From: a virus
Taxonomy: Duplodnaviria; Caudoviricetes
IMG/VR virus record: IMGVR_UViG_3300043111_000068
Location: 1 to 50,657 of that record
Direction: 5' to 3' (one strand)
DNA length: 50,657 bases
Shown here: positions 35,275 through 45,220 of the stretch, in pieces
How the letters are laid out: every line of letters starts with the position of its first letter
Position numbering within the stretch: the stretch's first letter is position 1
Program-made: the position numbers and the translations under genes
The notes under the pieces: model-generated
Databases searched by the model: none
Told to the model about the DNA's origin: nothing
The model's input: only the letters and a program-made list of their open reading frames with translations

Positions 35275-37494
35275 CTATAGCTCCCCTGGATCGCATAGAT
35301 ATCCCGTCAATTGCCAATACTGAGAAGTGATCTCTCCCGTCCTACGCCCTTCAGGACATTCCATTTCAATAGGCTCCAAATGATAAGAGGCTATAACAAT
35401 TCCAAAGGCCCATTCATGCCGCCAATGCGCGGTTAATACAGAGTCGCCAATACTGAACTGTAGCTGGCTCTGTTCAACCCAATGACCATCAAAATGTTCA
35501 GGATCGAAGACAAGTGTGTCCTCTTCGACGTCCATTTTCCACCCCCAAGCGGGGGTAGTAACTGCAGGGTATAAATACTCACCAACAAACTCATGTCCTG
35601 AGAAGATATAAGAAGATGTCATCGTCAGTTGCTCGTTGACCAGAACGTGGTTTGTCTGAGAGTTATCAACAAAAGCCATATTATCAAAAGCCGTAATTCC
35701 TTTTGCAAAAATATGATTATCTACAAAAACGAATCCATCTTCAAACATTTCAACCCAAAACCCATAGGCGTATGAATCAACAGCTAAGGAGTCTTTAAGC
35801 ACTTGTAAAAAAGCAATAGGACTTTTTTCTGTGAATTCTATGGTATCGTGAATCCAGAAGTAAATCCAAGGAATAATCTCGCTACAAATGAGTACAGAGT
35901 TGAGCCACTTGGTGCATGTCCTGGCCATTGTGCTCCAATCTTCAAAAGCGAGATTTTCATAAAGAGCAAAAACGTATTGATATGAAGAAAGCGATCCTAC
36001 AACGAAATACTCCTCCATACGTTCTTCCCAAAACCGCTGCGGGCCATCTTCAAAGTGCAAAGATTCTGTAGGTGCTTCTTCAAAAATATACTTTAGACGT
36101 AAGACACTAGGGTTATAGCGATCCGTATCATTATCAAGAGGTACCTTTCCAAGCCAAAACCCAAATTCAGAGTTGTTTAGGGCGGTTGGATTCCAGTAAG
36201 CTGATTTTTGACCATCAATCAGGTTCTCTTCGTTTTCAAAAACAAAAGAACGAAGTTCCCACCGGCCATCTTCAAACCCTTCTATTGGCCGAAGCAGGTT
36301 GTGTCCCTTCATATCGATTCCAATGGTTTTCATCGCCGGGTAAAGCGTTGTCAGCCCGTTGTTTGGGTAAGGGGCTCGAACCATTGCATGAGAAATAGCA
36401 CCAAAAAAGAAGGGCTCTGATCCTGAATAGTTAATGGCGTGGGTGCGAAAAAGCTGCTTGTCGTTCAAAAGAGAAAGTTCAATCCTACTATCTCGTGGAT
36501 CTTGCCAGCTTAAGAACAGAGGATCGGCGTCTGGATCTGGAATCTCTGACGGCATGTTTTCCTTGGTATTTACAATGCCGGAAACCGAAACATTATCACA
36601 TCGATAATATCCACCGCCAAAGCTCTCGCTGTTATTTTCTGAACCTTCGCCAGAAATTCCAACAGACCGGACAATCGTGCTGCCAAGGAACGAGTTGTTG
36701 GTTGATCCTTCATCATTGCATATATAAACGTCATCAATACAAACAGGTTGATCTCCAATCCTAATTTCAACAAAATCAATATACCAAGAATCCTGACTAT
36801 TCGGAGTTGCCGTATAAATATTTTCAATCTTACAAGTTTTGTTTCGTTGACCTATTCGGTTTTCAACCCATGCTGCAGCACCTTCTTCATTGTTCCCGTG
36901 AATAGTTATACCAGTTTGATAATAATAAAAATCTCCTGACAGTAAATTAGTGTGAGCATCTATCTGTCCAAATTGAGAATCAATATTACCGTCAGGAAAA
37001 GCCCATGAATAATCAACCCGATCTGAACGGATTATACCATAACATCTTGCAACAAGATTCTTTGGGTTTATTGCGGAAGAATACGATTCTCCAAACTCAA
37101 GAACGTGTTCCGGATATTTTTTTGGAAAATTCCTTGAATAAAACCTAAGTTCAACGGCGAAACCATCAGAGCTGAAATCAGGGATTAAACCAGAGCTTAA
37201 AGAAGATAGTGCAAACCCGCAATACACCGTTCTGGATTTTCTAATAGGAGTTCCAAGCTCAAATCGGCTTTGATGTGTTACTCCATAAAAATATGTACCC
37301 CACTCGTTTCCAAGCGGGCGATTCCTCTCACCTTTCAGATATAAGCTGCGACCCGACTTCCTGGCCCAAGGTTTTCCAGTACTATCGTTGTTGCCAAATA
37401 CAATCTGGGTTGGGTTTCCGAAATAGGTATGTCCCCATTTTCTCCAAAGATCGTTTGGATGAAAGTGTTCAAAGCCATCGGCAAAAAGAAGCAT
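35275..37494 (-). CDS. Tail-associated protein
   Basis: MLLFADGFE...IDDVYICND...NSFLG...ALNNSEFG. Confidence 0.7.
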   Translation of the reverse strand: MLLFADGFEHFHPNDLWRKWGHTYFGNPTQIVFGNNDSTGKPWARKSGRSLYLKGERNRPLGNEWGTYFYGVTHQSRFELGTPIRKSRTVYCGFALSSLSSGLIPDFSSDGFAVELRFYSRNFPKKYPEHVLEFGESYSSAINPKNLVARCYGIIRSDRVDYSWAFPDGNIDSQFGQIDAHTNLLSGDFYYYQTGITIHGNNEEGAAAWVENRIGQRNKTCKIENIYTATPNSQDSWYIDFVEIRIGDQPVCIDDVYICNDEGSTNNSFLGSTIVRSVGISGEGSENNSESFGGGYYRCDNVSVSGIVNTKENMPSEIPDPDADPLFLSWQDPRDSRIELSLLNDKQLFRTHAINYSGSEPFFFGAISHAMVRAPYPNNGLTTLYPAMKTIGIDMKGHNLLRPIEGFEDGRWELRSFVFENEENLIDGQKSAYWNPTALNNSEFGFWLGKVPLDNDTDRYNPSVLRLKYIFEEAPTESLHFEDGPQRFWEERMEEYFVVGSLSSYQYVFALYENLAFEDWSTMARTCTKWLNSVLICSEIIPWIYFWIHDTIEFTEKSPIAFLQVLKDSLAVDSYAYGFWVEMFEDGFVFVDNHIFAKGITAFDNMAFVDNSQTNHVLVNEQLTMTSSYIFSGHEFVGEYLYPAVTTPAWGWKMDVEEDTLVFDPEHFDGHWVEQSQLQFSIGDSVLTAHWRHEWAFGIVIASYHLEPIEMECPEGRRTGEITSQYWQLTGYLCDPGEL

Positions 37495-40190
37495 CAGAGT
37501 ATCCTCGCATCCATATTAAAATCCATCAACGTGGACGGGTAAATATTTTCTTGGTTGTCATAGAAATATTGAACAAGTTCATTGATTGCTTGTTCAAAAT
37601 ACGGGTTGCGTTGTTGATCTCGAGGACACCGCCGCCGAGTTCCAAGGTAAAGCCTGTTCCATGTTTCAAAGCCTGCGAGGACTTCAATCTCGTTTCGGCC
37701 AAGATGTAAACCGCCGCGCATATTCGAGAACGCTGTACTATTTTCAACCTGACTCACATAGTACCGATCTTCCGTGAGCCCCGCTTTCGTCTCTTCGTCA
37801 AGATCATCATAGAACTGCATTTCACCCTCAACCTCAACGAAGCGAACGCTATCATGGCCATCTCGCGCGATCTTGCAACTATAAGGACCGATGGTGAGCT
37901 CCTGCTTTACAAAATCATCCTCTGTCTCTGCCCAAAGCGTCAAACCTTGTCGTTGAACCAAGTAAAGCTGCAGACACATACGAGCCGATTGCTTGGCAAT
38001 CCGAACCTGAGAAGAAAAGACTGTTTCATCGTGTCGATATACCGACATCGGTGTGATAAGCTCAAGCATCCACCAGAGCCCTGCGCTAAACGCCGGCGTC
38101 TCAAGCATCATTGACCCAAGCGGTGTATCCAAAAACCGGCATTCCCACCGCCATTCCTGCGCCTCGGACCAGAACCACCAGGTACGATCTGCTGTAAATT
38201 CCGCAAAAGAAAGGCCAATCGTGTTGTGCCAATTGTCTCGTCGGTCCCACACCCGGACAGCCTCCTTTCGGACATTCAGGGCTGTCTTGTATTGAGGTTC
38301 ATTATATTGATCCTCGGGGATGGGGGTCGTCAATGCCAGATAAGAACCATCGTAGTCGGCAGGGAACGAGTCGCGGTGATACTCGCCCTCATTGATCCGC
38401 TTGAGCAGTGCCACCGTGAAGATATCCGTATCGCCACCCAGGGAGGAGTTCAGGATTATGTCTGTAGCTATAACCGCACCGATATCGGCAACCATCTGGC
38501 CCGTGTTCGCTCCTGCCATACCGGGGGCCACTGCGCCGAAAGCTGCGTCTCCCGCAAGACGGGAAACAGCAGAGCCGGGGATAGGGATGGACGGTGGGAT
38601 TCTTCGGAGGCGTTGAAACTTCCACTTTTTATCACAATAGGAAATGATTATGCCCATGTAGGTTTCTTTTCCACACACCCAAATCTCGTCTTCGCCATAT
38701 CCGGCAGCAACATGGACTGAATTGTTATAGGCAACAGAACCGTCCGGGAGATATGCTGCAGTGAAAGAAAAAGGCACCTCGCCCATAGCCGCAGCTTGTA
38801 TCTGTTCAATCCGTTCCTGTCTGGCCGTTTGAAGTTCTAGAATTTCGTTTTCAATATGGGGGATACGAATGGAAGGAATTTCTTCTTGAAGTTGCAGCAA
38901 AGAGTTAAGCTCGGTGTCGAACCTATCGACATTCGCTTGGGCCATAGCAATCACATCGCCGCCCCATCCGGCATTGCGCAGTCTAGCCAAAGTAATTTCA
39001 GCTTTGGCAAGAGCGTCTTGTAATGGAGGAATTCGTTCTGCGACAGTAACCAGCAGCTCTTCCAGGTTTACAATTTCAGCCGGCTTCTCTTCGAGTCTCT
39101 CCTCAATAGATGTGATTTCCCGCTGCAATCGCTGAAGATAGTTGTGAACAGCAAGCTGCATCTCCTCGTCCATCTCAGAGATGAGTTGCTGTTCACTGGT
39201 CACAGAACCCGGAACCGCTTCGTTTGCACGAACATCATACATAAACCCCTTGCTTCGAGCGGCCCATTCCATGATTTTTGAGTTTTGAGGATCTTCAAGC
39301 GTTCCAAAGTAGGCGGCAAATTCTTCATCCAGTTCAACAAAATTACCTGTGGAAAGACCCTCCTTATCACCCACAAACGCCCCGCGCAGATCAAGAAACA
39401 TCTGCTGAACCGGGTTGACCGAGTGGTCGATGGTATTGACCCCCAAATCCTTTCCGGAAATATCTGACCGCCAATCTACAGAACCGGAAGCCTCGGGAAA
39501 CTTGAGGCCAGGATCATCCTCCTTATTTCCCTGGGGTACCAGGTCAAAGAGTTCAACATCCCGAAATTCAATTTCGTCCAGGAAAGGTTTGATATATTCG
39601 ACCGTGCAGGGAAAATTGACTGTCGTTCCATAATTATCTCTTGCAACACGGATCTCGGGATATCCCTGTGAGTGGTAATCATAGAAAATACACATCTCTC
39701 CGGAATGAGAGTCCGGATCATCGTCGGTGTACGACCAGGTATCGGTTTCACTGTCGTAGGATGTCGTCCCGAAGGGCGGCTCGAGAGGAAGCAGGTCGTC
39801 CTTGCTGATCCTGACTAGCGCATAATTATACGCACATTTTTTGGGACCGTTTACAAAACCAAGAACCGTGACTTCAGAATAAAACTTCTGACAGCCGTCT
39901 TCCATGATCTTTTCTTCGGCTTTCTTCGCCAGGACAAAGACCTGATCGCCAGCAATAAAAGCGCGGCCACCGGATTCGACCGATCCGTTTCCGCGTAGCT
40001 GCCTCCAGAGGGAACAATGATACAAGATGGGACAAGTAAGGTAGGTACCGCCTTCATCCAACTCAATGTCGGCAGTATCCCAGAGACGTTCTTCAACGAG
40101 GGGGCTGTTGAGATAGACAGCTTTGATGGTGGCCCGAAGATAGACGTGCTGCTGCACGTCTCCAAGGGTAGGATGATCTTTTTTCGGCAA
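37494..40190 (-). CDS. Large tail/virion protein with central coiled coil
   Basis: 898-aa ORF, TTG start after GGAGG. Confidence 0.75.
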   Translation of the reverse strand: MPKKDHPTLGDVQQHVYLRATIKAVYLNSPLVEERLWDTADIELDEGGTYLTCPILYHCSLWRQLRGNGSVESGGRAFIAGDQVFVLAKKAEEKIMEDGCQKFYSEVTVLGFVNGPKKCAYNYALVRISKDDLLPLEPPFGTTSYDSETDTWSYTDDDPDSHSGEMCIFYDYHSQGYPEIRVARDNYGTTVNFPCTVEYIKPFLDEIEFRDVELFDLVPQGNKEDDPGLKFPEASGSVDWRSDISGKDLGVNTIDHSVNPVQQMFLDLRGAFVGDKEGLSTGNFVELDEEFAAYFGTLEDPQNSKIMEWAARSKGFMYDVRANEAVPGSVTSEQQLISEMDEEMQLAVHNYLQRLQREITSIEERLEEKPAEIVNLEELLVTVAERIPPLQDALAKAEITLARLRNAGWGGDVIAMAQANVDRFDTELNSLLQLQEEIPSIRIPHIENEILELQTARQERIEQIQAAAMGEVPFSFTAAYLPDGSVAYNNSVHVAAGYGEDEIWVCGKETYMGIIISYCDKKWKFQRLRRIPPSIPIPGSAVSRLAGDAAFGAVAPGMAGANTGQMVADIGAVIATDIILNSSLGGDTDIFTVALLKRINEGEYHRDSFPADYDGSYLALTTPIPEDQYNEPQYKTALNVRKEAVRVWDRRDNWHNTIGLSFAEFTADRTWWFWSEAQEWRWECRFLDTPLGSMMLETPAFSAGLWWMLELITPMSVYRHDETVFSSQVRIAKQSARMCLQLYLVQRQGLTLWAETEDDFVKQELTIGPYSCKIARDGHDSVRFVEVEGEMQFYDDLDEETKAGLTEDRYYVSQVENSTAFSNMRGGLHLGRNEIEVLAGFETWNRLYLGTRRRCPRDQQRNPYFEQAINELVQYFYDNQENIYPSTLMDFNMDARIL

Positions 40191-40201
40191 ACCTGCCTCC
40201 G

Positions 40202-40459
40202 CTATTCATACCCGTCTTCTAAGGCCTTGATATATAAAAGTAAGTTAATAAAGGATTGCCGATCGAACGTGATAGACCCGTCTGCGTTTTTAATCCTCGA
40301 GATCGGAGGTTTCGCGGGTTTCATTGGCAACGTCCTCGTCGCGCAGCTCATAAGGAAAATGATCATCAAACCAGCCAACAGGATCTTCGTAAATTTGATC
40401 CACTTCTTTCTGGTTACGGATTTCCTTGGCTTTACGAATGGCTTTCTCAATGATGGTGG
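40202..40459 (-). CDS. Lipoprotein, o-spanin (Rz1-like) candidate; start uncertain
   Basis: KKWIKFTKILLAGLMIIFLMS-C lipobox then Pro-rich segment; overlaps upstream gene in another frame. Confidence 0.5.
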   Translation of the reverse strand, partial: PPSLRKPFVKPRKSVTRKKWIKFTKILLAGLMIIFLMSCATRTLPMKPAKPPISRIKNADGSITFDRQSFINLLLYIKALEDGYE

Positions 40460-40493
40460 CCACGAGGGAGAGAACATGGAGTAATTTGTCCAT
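40290..40493 (-). CDS. Small protein, i-spanin-like partner candidate
   Basis: MDKLLHVLSLVATIIEK...; overlaps the lipoprotein ORF. Confidence 0.45.
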   Translation of the reverse strand: MDKLLHVLSLVATIIEKAIRKAKEIRNQKEVDQIYEDPVGWFDDHFPYELRDEDVANETRETSDLED

Positions 40494-40495
40494 AC

Positions 40496-40517
40496 AAAAA
40501 AGGGGGCCGAAGCCCCC
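40496..40517 (-). terminator. Intrinsic terminator with UUCG loop
   Basis: GGGGGC-TTCG-GCCCCC-TTTTTT on the - strand. Confidence 0.8.
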
Positions 40518-40583
40518 CAAGTGACTAGAGGGTGGTGTTGATTAGACGCCGAGTACCGTGTCAACCTACTTAAAGGTCTTTTT

Positions 40584-41186
40584 TTAGCTCGTGGTACACG
40601 TGATCTGATAAGTTACATAGATTTCATCGTCCGCGATAACGGCACGAGGAGTACCGAACCGCTTGGCACACATGAGCGTACCGGAAGATGAGGTCTTGGC
40701 CTGCTGGTCAGCCAGGAACGCGCCGTAAACAGTGATCGAGGCATTCATAATGAAATGAGCTTTCGAGTTCACGTTGGAGATGACGGCAGTGCTGGTATCT
40801 TCGGAGACATACTGAGGCCGGTTGGTCAAGGGACTATCGTAGTCTGCATCCTGACATTCACCGAAGGCGTTACCGGCACCGAGTTTAGCAGCGGTATCGG
40901 ATAAGGCCGGAGTAATGTTGTTCTTGAAAATACCAACATACCAGATATGTTCAGCCGCCTTGGAAATGTCGTGGAAGATGATATTCAGCATCTTCGCCAT
41001 CCCCTCGGTGGTGAACGTGTTTTTGCCCGTCTGAGTGTGAATCAAGCTGCCGTCCCGATAGTGGTCGGTCGTAACCATCCCCTCGAAAGACAGATCAGGA
41101 AGAAACCCGCCGCGTACCGCGTGTTGAACATTATCGTCATTTCGCAGAGCTTCGGGCATTGTGGGAACATTGATGATAGAAGGCAT
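40584..41186 (-). CDS. Virion structural (tail) protein
   Basis: KNTFTTEG...WYVGI...TVYGAFL...GTL...VTY pattern; GGAGG SD. Confidence 0.7.
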   Translation of the reverse strand: MPSIINVPTMPEALRNDDNVQHAVRGGFLPDLSFEGMVTTDHYRDGSLIHTQTGKNTFTTEGMAKMLNIIFHDISKAAEHIWYVGIFKNNITPALSDTAAKLGAGNAFGECQDADYDSPLTNRPQYVSEDTSTAVISNVNSKAHFIMNASITVYGAFLADQQAKTSSSGTLMCAKRFGTPRAVIADDEIYVTYQITCTTS

Positions 41187-41197
41187 AACTTCCTCCG

Positions 41198-42901
41198 TTA
41201 TATTACTTTTCCGTTGCGGATCACTTCGGTGGTGACTTCATCTCCAAAGCCAACCTCTCCGTTGTCTCCCCGCTTGAAGTTTGATAGAAACTGGAACTCG
41301 CCGTTGTTTGTCCGGCCCAGAGATGCGCCCATATTGCCAGGGTTAAACTTGACCTTATCGCTGGTCATATTCACGACAGTGCCGCCGGTAGTACCCGCGA
41401 CAATGCCATCCTTGGCCACCCATATCGGCACATTGTTTCCAAGCTGCGGAACATTGTTGCAGTAGGCCAGAGTGCCTTTGACAACACCAGGGCCGACCTG
41501 CCTCTGTGCCATGAGCTTCGGATCTGCTCCGGCCAGAAAAAGAGTGTGGGTTTCAAAACCGACATACAACCCGCCGGTTGTGGAATTCGCCGTTCCCGCT
41601 TCGCCTCCGAAATAAACAGGGGCAACCATGACTGGCTCCTCGTCAAATTCGAGATACGATTCCGGCGAAAACAGGTCCGAACGGTACGGGTCGGAATATC
41701 TGAGCACCTTGCCGTCCACACCCCATGTGCGGCCATACGCTCGGGCCAGGCAGGTCATGTTCGGGATGGGCATATAGCCTATCGTCTGAAGGACATCGCC
41801 GCCCACATACGTTGCAGAGATCGTATCCTCACCGCCGAGATAATACAGCTTGTCAGAGTCCGGATCCGATATCCAAACGTGAGCTGATTCCGGGCGGTTA
41901 GAAAGCGTAATCGTGCCCTCCGAAAGTACAGGCACCAGTGCAATCTCAGACGAAAGACCGTGTAAACCATCCGAATTCGCGTAAGTATATGCAATCGCGT
42001 ACATTCCCTCTTCGAGTCCACCACTCCCGGAAGTCGCAACTCCAACCGGAGTCGGGGGGACTTCCGTTCCCCAGTCTTCGACTTGGTTTGTTGCCGGGTT
42101 GAAAATTCCATGGCAGTTCTCGTTTGCAAAATAGACCTTCCCTTCAACCTCGACAAAATATATTCTGGCATCAGGGTCAGAGATCGTCGCGATTTCAACG
42201 GGGGTAGTCCCATTGATTCTGTATAGCTTGCCATCGGCTACGGCCAACATACAATGATGGTTTGACCAGAGTGAGTGAGCACCTGGAAGTGGAACAAAAA
42301 GGCGTCTGCCCGTGCGTTTCAAGATCCTTCCTCCGGCTGTGACATCGGCATTGAGAATGACCCTGGGAGAGCATTCTTTTCGACCATGCTGCGTATAGAC
42401 TGACGGCTCCCCTTCGGCGCGAACATTGTTCATCCCGCCAAAGGTTTTCAGCTTAATCGGCCTTGCGCCTACAAATTGCTCGCCATCATTCTCGTTTGTC
42501 AGTGGACCCATCCCTTTTTGCCGCCGTCCGATCAGGGCGATCATCGAGGCTTCAAGCTCGAAACTCTCGAATTCGTTTATCCCTGTTTTTATTTTTTTGG
42601 CTACCGGCTTGCCGCCAGTGGACCTCATTATGTCAATGATTCTGATAAGTTTCTGTTCTTCCTTCGCGTTGAATGGAACACCCGAAGGCGGGACCAGAGG
42701 ATCTGCCAGGGAGGGAACCCTTGCTGCCAGCTCGCCCATCACCCGCTTGGCTTCGGTGAAATGGGCGGTCATGCGATAACCGGTTCCCTTGCCTATGTAG
42801 AACGGGAGGTATTCAAACGACTGCGACCCGTACACGAACGGACCCGGCACCCTGGGATCCATAAGCACATAGACGTAATACTTTCGCTCGAGATCATACA
42901 T
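41198..42901 (-). CDS. Tail nozzle/stabilisation-type protein with N-terminal GIY-YIG (LEM-3-like) nuclease domain
   Basis: YYVYVLMDPR...FYIGKGTGYRMTAH...ELEASMI...LTN, then FGGMNN and beta-rich body; start coupled to the adaptor stop. Confidence 0.8.
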   Translation of the reverse strand: MYDLERKYYVYVLMDPRVPGPFVYGSQSFEYLPFYIGKGTGYRMTAHFTEAKRVMGELAARVPSLADPLVPPSGVPFNAKEEQKLIRIIDIMRSTGGKPVAKKIKTGINEFESFELEASMIALIGRRQKGMGPLTNENDGEQFVGARPIKLKTFGGMNNVRAEGEPSVYTQHGRKECSPRVILNADVTAGGRILKRTGRRLFVPLPGAHSLWSNHHCMLAVADGKLYRINGTTPVEIATISDPDARIYFVEVEGKVYFANENCHGIFNPATNQVEDWGTEVPPTPVGVATSGSGGLEEGMYAIAYTYANSDGLHGLSSEIALVPVLSEGTITLSNRPESAHVWISDPDSDKLYYLGGEDTISATYVGGDVLQTIGYMPIPNMTCLARAYGRTWGVDGKVLRYSDPYRSDLFSPESYLEFDEEPVMVAPVYFGGEAGTANSTTGGLYVGFETHTLFLAGADPKLMAQRQVGPGVVKGTLAYCNNVPQLGNNVPIWVAKDGIVAGTTGGTVVNMTSDKVKFNPGNMGASLGRTNNGEFQFLSNFKRGDNGEVGFGDEVTTEVIRNGKVI

Positions 42902-43547
42902 CAAACGAAGAGTGCTTTTCCTCTCTCGGTACATAGTCGGGAGATTCCGGGGGAACACCCAGGAATGCCTCGAGCTGAACCTGCGCCTGCTGGTAGAGAG
43001 AGGTGTATTTGTTAAACTGAATCTTTGCCCCGTCGATTCCTTCCTCGATCAGGTTGAAACACTCTGCACACGCAAAATTGACAAGAAGCTTGCGGTGCAG
43101 ACTTTCAGGGATCCCCTCGGGTTCATCTTCATCTTCAACCAAGGGGGAGGGTTTGCGGATATAGAAGAGCCGAAGTGTTTCCGGAGCCGAGGGAACCCCC
43201 TGAAAGTACAGCGTGTTTCCCTGGACGCAAACTTCCGTAACCGGAGGAGCCGCGTCCAGGAAAGGGTATTTGTCCAGGAAGTTTGTCAGGGCTTTTATGA
43301 TACTGACCCGACATTCCTTGGACAGGTTCGAGGCAAAGTGCATATTTTTCAAATAATTGTCCGGCATAGGGACCGTATTGGCCCCTGCCGGACAATCAAC
43401 TGTCGTGTTTGCGACAAGAACGGGAAGAGTATAGGCCGTAGCCAGCTCACCTACGCATTGGTTGAATGCGCTCAGGATAAACTCGTCGGTAAAGGATTCA
43501 TCCTCGACCGCTTGTTTGACCAGCTCGGTCATCTCTTCAACATTCAT
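42894..43547 (-). CDS. Head-tail adaptor (podovirus tubular protein A-like)
   Basis: Position after capsid genes; LRLFYIRKPSPL..DEDEPEGIPESLH. Confidence 0.7.
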   Translation of the reverse strand: MNVEEMTELVKQAVEDESFTDEFILSAFNQCVGELATAYTLPVLVANTTVDCPAGANTVPMPDNYLKNMHFASNLSKECRVSIIKALTNFLDKYPFLDAAPPVTEVCVQGNTLYFQGVPSAPETLRLFYIRKPSPLVEDEDEPEGIPESLHRKLLVNFACAECFNLIEEGIDGAKIQFNKYTSLYQQAQVQLEAFLGVPPESPDYVPREEKHSSFDV

Positions 43548-43924
43548 TATGCGCTCGCGTTCTGGTTCTGACCGATGATAAACGGATCGACTGTGAGTTC
43601 GATGGTCACGGACGAGGCGGTTGCCAGGTTGACATCGATCTCAAGGGGTTTGGCACAGGAGAATATCTGTTCCTTTTCAGCCTCGGTCACACTGTTAGTA
43701 TAAGCAGCGGTCGTGGTGGTCAGAGCTTCTGCACCCTGCAGGTCAGCCGTAAAAACCGTGTGATCTGCGCCGGTCAGCCCGAAGGTGACTGTAGCAGCGG
43801 TATCGGCCTGTGCAGTGGAATTGAGAACCTTTGCCGCGACCAGCCGGCACTTGTCAGTAAACGGGATATGGTATTTCTTGCTCGAAGTTGTTCCGGCAAG
43901 AACGAGGACAATTTTATTCATCAT
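43547..43924 (-). CDS. Putative capsid decoration/cement protein
   Basis: Small beta-rich Ala/Thr protein after the capsid gene. Confidence 0.55.
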   Translation of the reverse strand: MMNKIVLVLAGTTSSKKYHIPFTDKCRLVAAKVLNSTAQADTAATVTFGLTGADHTVFTADLQGAEALTTTTAAYTNSVTEAEKEQIFSCAKPLEIDVNLATASSVTIELTVDPFIIGQNQNASA

Positions 43925-43937
43925 TGCGAATTACCTC

Positions 43938-44192
43938 TTAGGTTTCACTCCAAGTGGAGAGATCGGTTTTCTTCCATGTGTCGGTATCCACACACACATA
44001 GATCGCGTCTGCCGTAAAAACGACCGCGCCCTTGGTGCCGGTAGCATCGGCAGCGGCGGGAGCCTCGGCAGCGATCTCGACCTCCCCGGCAGTAGCCAGG
44101 GAAGCGAGTTCGGCTTTCATTGCAAATTCATCGAGAGGCTTGGACGGGTCTTCCCCGTCAACAAGCACTACCCGGCTTTTTCCATCCATCAT
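43938..44192 (-). CDS. Small head fibre-like protein
   Basis: APAAADATGTKG...IYVCVDTDTWKK. Confidence 0.6.
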   Translation of the reverse strand: MMDGKSRVVLVDGEDPSKPLDEFAMKAELASLATAGEVEIAAEAPAAADATGTKGAVVFTADAIYVCVDTDTWKKTDLSTWSET

Positions 44193-44206
44193 GCGTTACA
44201 CCCTCC

Positions 44207-45196
44207 TTATGCCGGTTCGACCAGGTTGGTCACGACGACATGGGCTTTGCGGTTCTTACAGACCAGGTTCCCGGCCCAGCGGATATTCGCTGTGGCGGTA
44301 TCAGGCTGTCGGATGGGGCTCTGCCATTCGGGTTTCGTAAAGTTGCGCTTGGAGTGAGTCAGGACATCGAGATACTTGGTGTTCAGCCCGTACATCCAGC
44401 CTGCACGACACTTGGAGTCAGGAACCAGAGGTGCGCCTTTGAACAGAATGTTATCGAAACCGACATCGAGGAGCTTCTGGTCCGAGTACCGGGCCTGGAC
44501 CTGCTGGGTGCGCTCAAAGGCGTCCACCAGCTCTTCCGTGGTGATATACAGATCGGGCTTCGCATCGTTGGTGACATCGAGGCCTGCAGTTCTGCGAATC
44601 TCCTGCATGGTCTTGAAGCTCATGGTCTTTTCAGCGGTAATCACGTTCGGTTTCCACTGAGGCATATCGTTTTCGGCAATCTCACCATAGGCAACGGTAT
44701 TCGCTAGAGTATTTCCGTCTTCGTCAATACCGAACATATCGTGCAGTCCGTTGAACGGCTTTGCGTTCGGATCATCCTGATTGGCCAAGTTGTCAGCACG
44801 GCGTTCGTAGATTTCAGTGGACATCCGTTTGCGAAGGGTTTTTTCCGCGTTTTTCAGCTTACCCTGCAACAGGTTGATCAGGGCCAGATCACCGGAGTTG
44901 ATCAGCTCGTCGTCCATATCCATCGTCAGGGTCGCGAAGTACGCGGCATACTCGAAGAAGGCCGCGTTGAAGATTTCGACCTTGTTGATCGGCAGCTCGG
45001 ACTTGGGACCGTATGACCCGGAGTTTCCTTCCCCGTATTCCAGGAAGGTCTGAATTTTCTTACCACCGTTATATTTCTTCCCCAGCTTCAACAGCTTGTA
45101 GAGAAGGACGTTCGACTTGAAATAAATATCGACCGGCTGGTGATTGTAGATATAATCATCAGTTGCGGCCTGAAGTTCTGTAAGATTGAGAGCCAT
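44207..45196 (-). CDS. Major capsid protein (HK97 fold)
   Basis: Follows scaffold; GGKKI, FNGL, GFDNILFKG, YGLNTKYL, GNLVCKNR. Confidence 0.88.
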   Translation of the reverse strand: MALNLTELQAATDDYIYNHQPVDIYFKSNVLLYKLLKLGKKYNGGKKIQTFLEYGEGNSGSYGPKSELPINKVEIFNAAFFEYAAYFATLTMDMDDELINSGDLALINLLQGKLKNAEKTLRKRMSTEIYERRADNLANQDDPNAKPFNGLHDMFGIDEDGNTLANTVAYGEIAENDMPQWKPNVITAEKTMSFKTMQEIRRTAGLDVTNDAKPDLYITTEELVDAFERTQQVQARYSDQKLLDVGFDNILFKGAPLVPDSKCRAGWMYGLNTKYLDVLTHSKRNFTKPEWQSPIRQPDTATANIRWAGNLVCKNRKAHVVVTNLVEPA

Positions 45197-45220
45197 ATAA
45201 GTATCCTCCAAAAGAGAGGG

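Noticed and set aside
42480-42901. Intein or group I intron around the GIY-YIG domain
   Set aside because: Domain sits at the N-terminus with no upstream extein, no HN-C/S/T junction and no non-coding intron core
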